Of a stretch of DNA of 64,000 nt, positions 63,485-64,000 are shown one piece after another. The notes beneath the pieces were generated by a model. It made no database searches. It was not told where the DNA came from and saw only the letters and a program-made list of their open reading frames with translations. The stretch comes from Euglena gracilis (lineage: Eukaryota). Position numbers and translations under genes: made by a program. Each line of letters opens with the position of its first letter. Position 1 is the stretch's first letter. The stretch lies in the NCBI GenBank assembly GCA_039621445.1, contig CP154954.1:3477715-3541714 (forward strand), in the 5' to 3' direction.

Positions 63485-64000
63485 CTACGGGCCGTGGCAG
63501 GAGCTCGGACGAGCATGCCTCCGGGCAGGCGGCAAACAATCCGGCGCAACAGAACAAGAACAAACGGACACATATGGAGAACGCAGAGTGGCGCACTGTA
63601 TGCATGTTCGGTGCAATTTGTCCCACCCCGGGTTGCGTGAAACATTGCAGACTGACGCCTTGGTTCATCAAAGTTATGCGTGTGGTTTGTGCTTGCCAGG
63701 CATCCGATGTGTGTTGTGCTTGCTGTGCTGTGTTGTGATGTGCTGTGCTGTACTGTGTGCTGTGCTGTGTGCTGTGCTGTGCTGTGCTGTGCTGTGCTGT
63801 GCTGTGCTGTGCTGTGCTGTGCTGTGCTGTGCTGTGCTGTGCTGTGCTGTGCTGTGCTGTGCTGTGCTGTGCTGTGTGCTGTGCTGTGCTGTGCTGTGCT
63901 GTGCTGTGCTGTGCTGTCTTGGTGCAGGGGTGCATTGCGCCGAACTGTGCAGTGTGCTGTGCTGTGCTCTGTGAACACATGTGCACAGGTGCACATTAGA

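Overview
Eukaryotic, repeat-rich genomic DNA with the signature of a euglenid (Euglena-like) nucleus. None of the long six-frame ORFs is a real gene. Short GC-rich exons on the minus strand splice into one large protein resembling soluble adenylyl cyclase (ADCY10/sAC-type): a class III cyclase domain, then a STAND-type NTPase/winged-helix region, then a helical tail. Its introns are a mix of conventional GT(GC)-AG introns and about 10-12 euglenid non-conventional introns, whose ends base-pair in a fixed +4/-6 register with compensatory changes. The protein has lost the cyclase catalytic Asn and the Walker B acidic pair, so it may be a double pseudoenzyme. Bases 1-20978 recur at 43897-64000. 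Exon order and a 13-N gap at 28794-28806 suggest two overlapping or allelic contigs scaffolded head-to-tail, although a true tandem duplication is not excluded. Introns hold several MITE/TIR-element families, microsatellites and a decayed Ty3/gypsy pol relic. A 170-bp MITE inserted in that relic has exactly the end geometry of a frame-preserving non-conventional intron, making it an introner candidate. All splice models were made by eye and need transcript confirmation.
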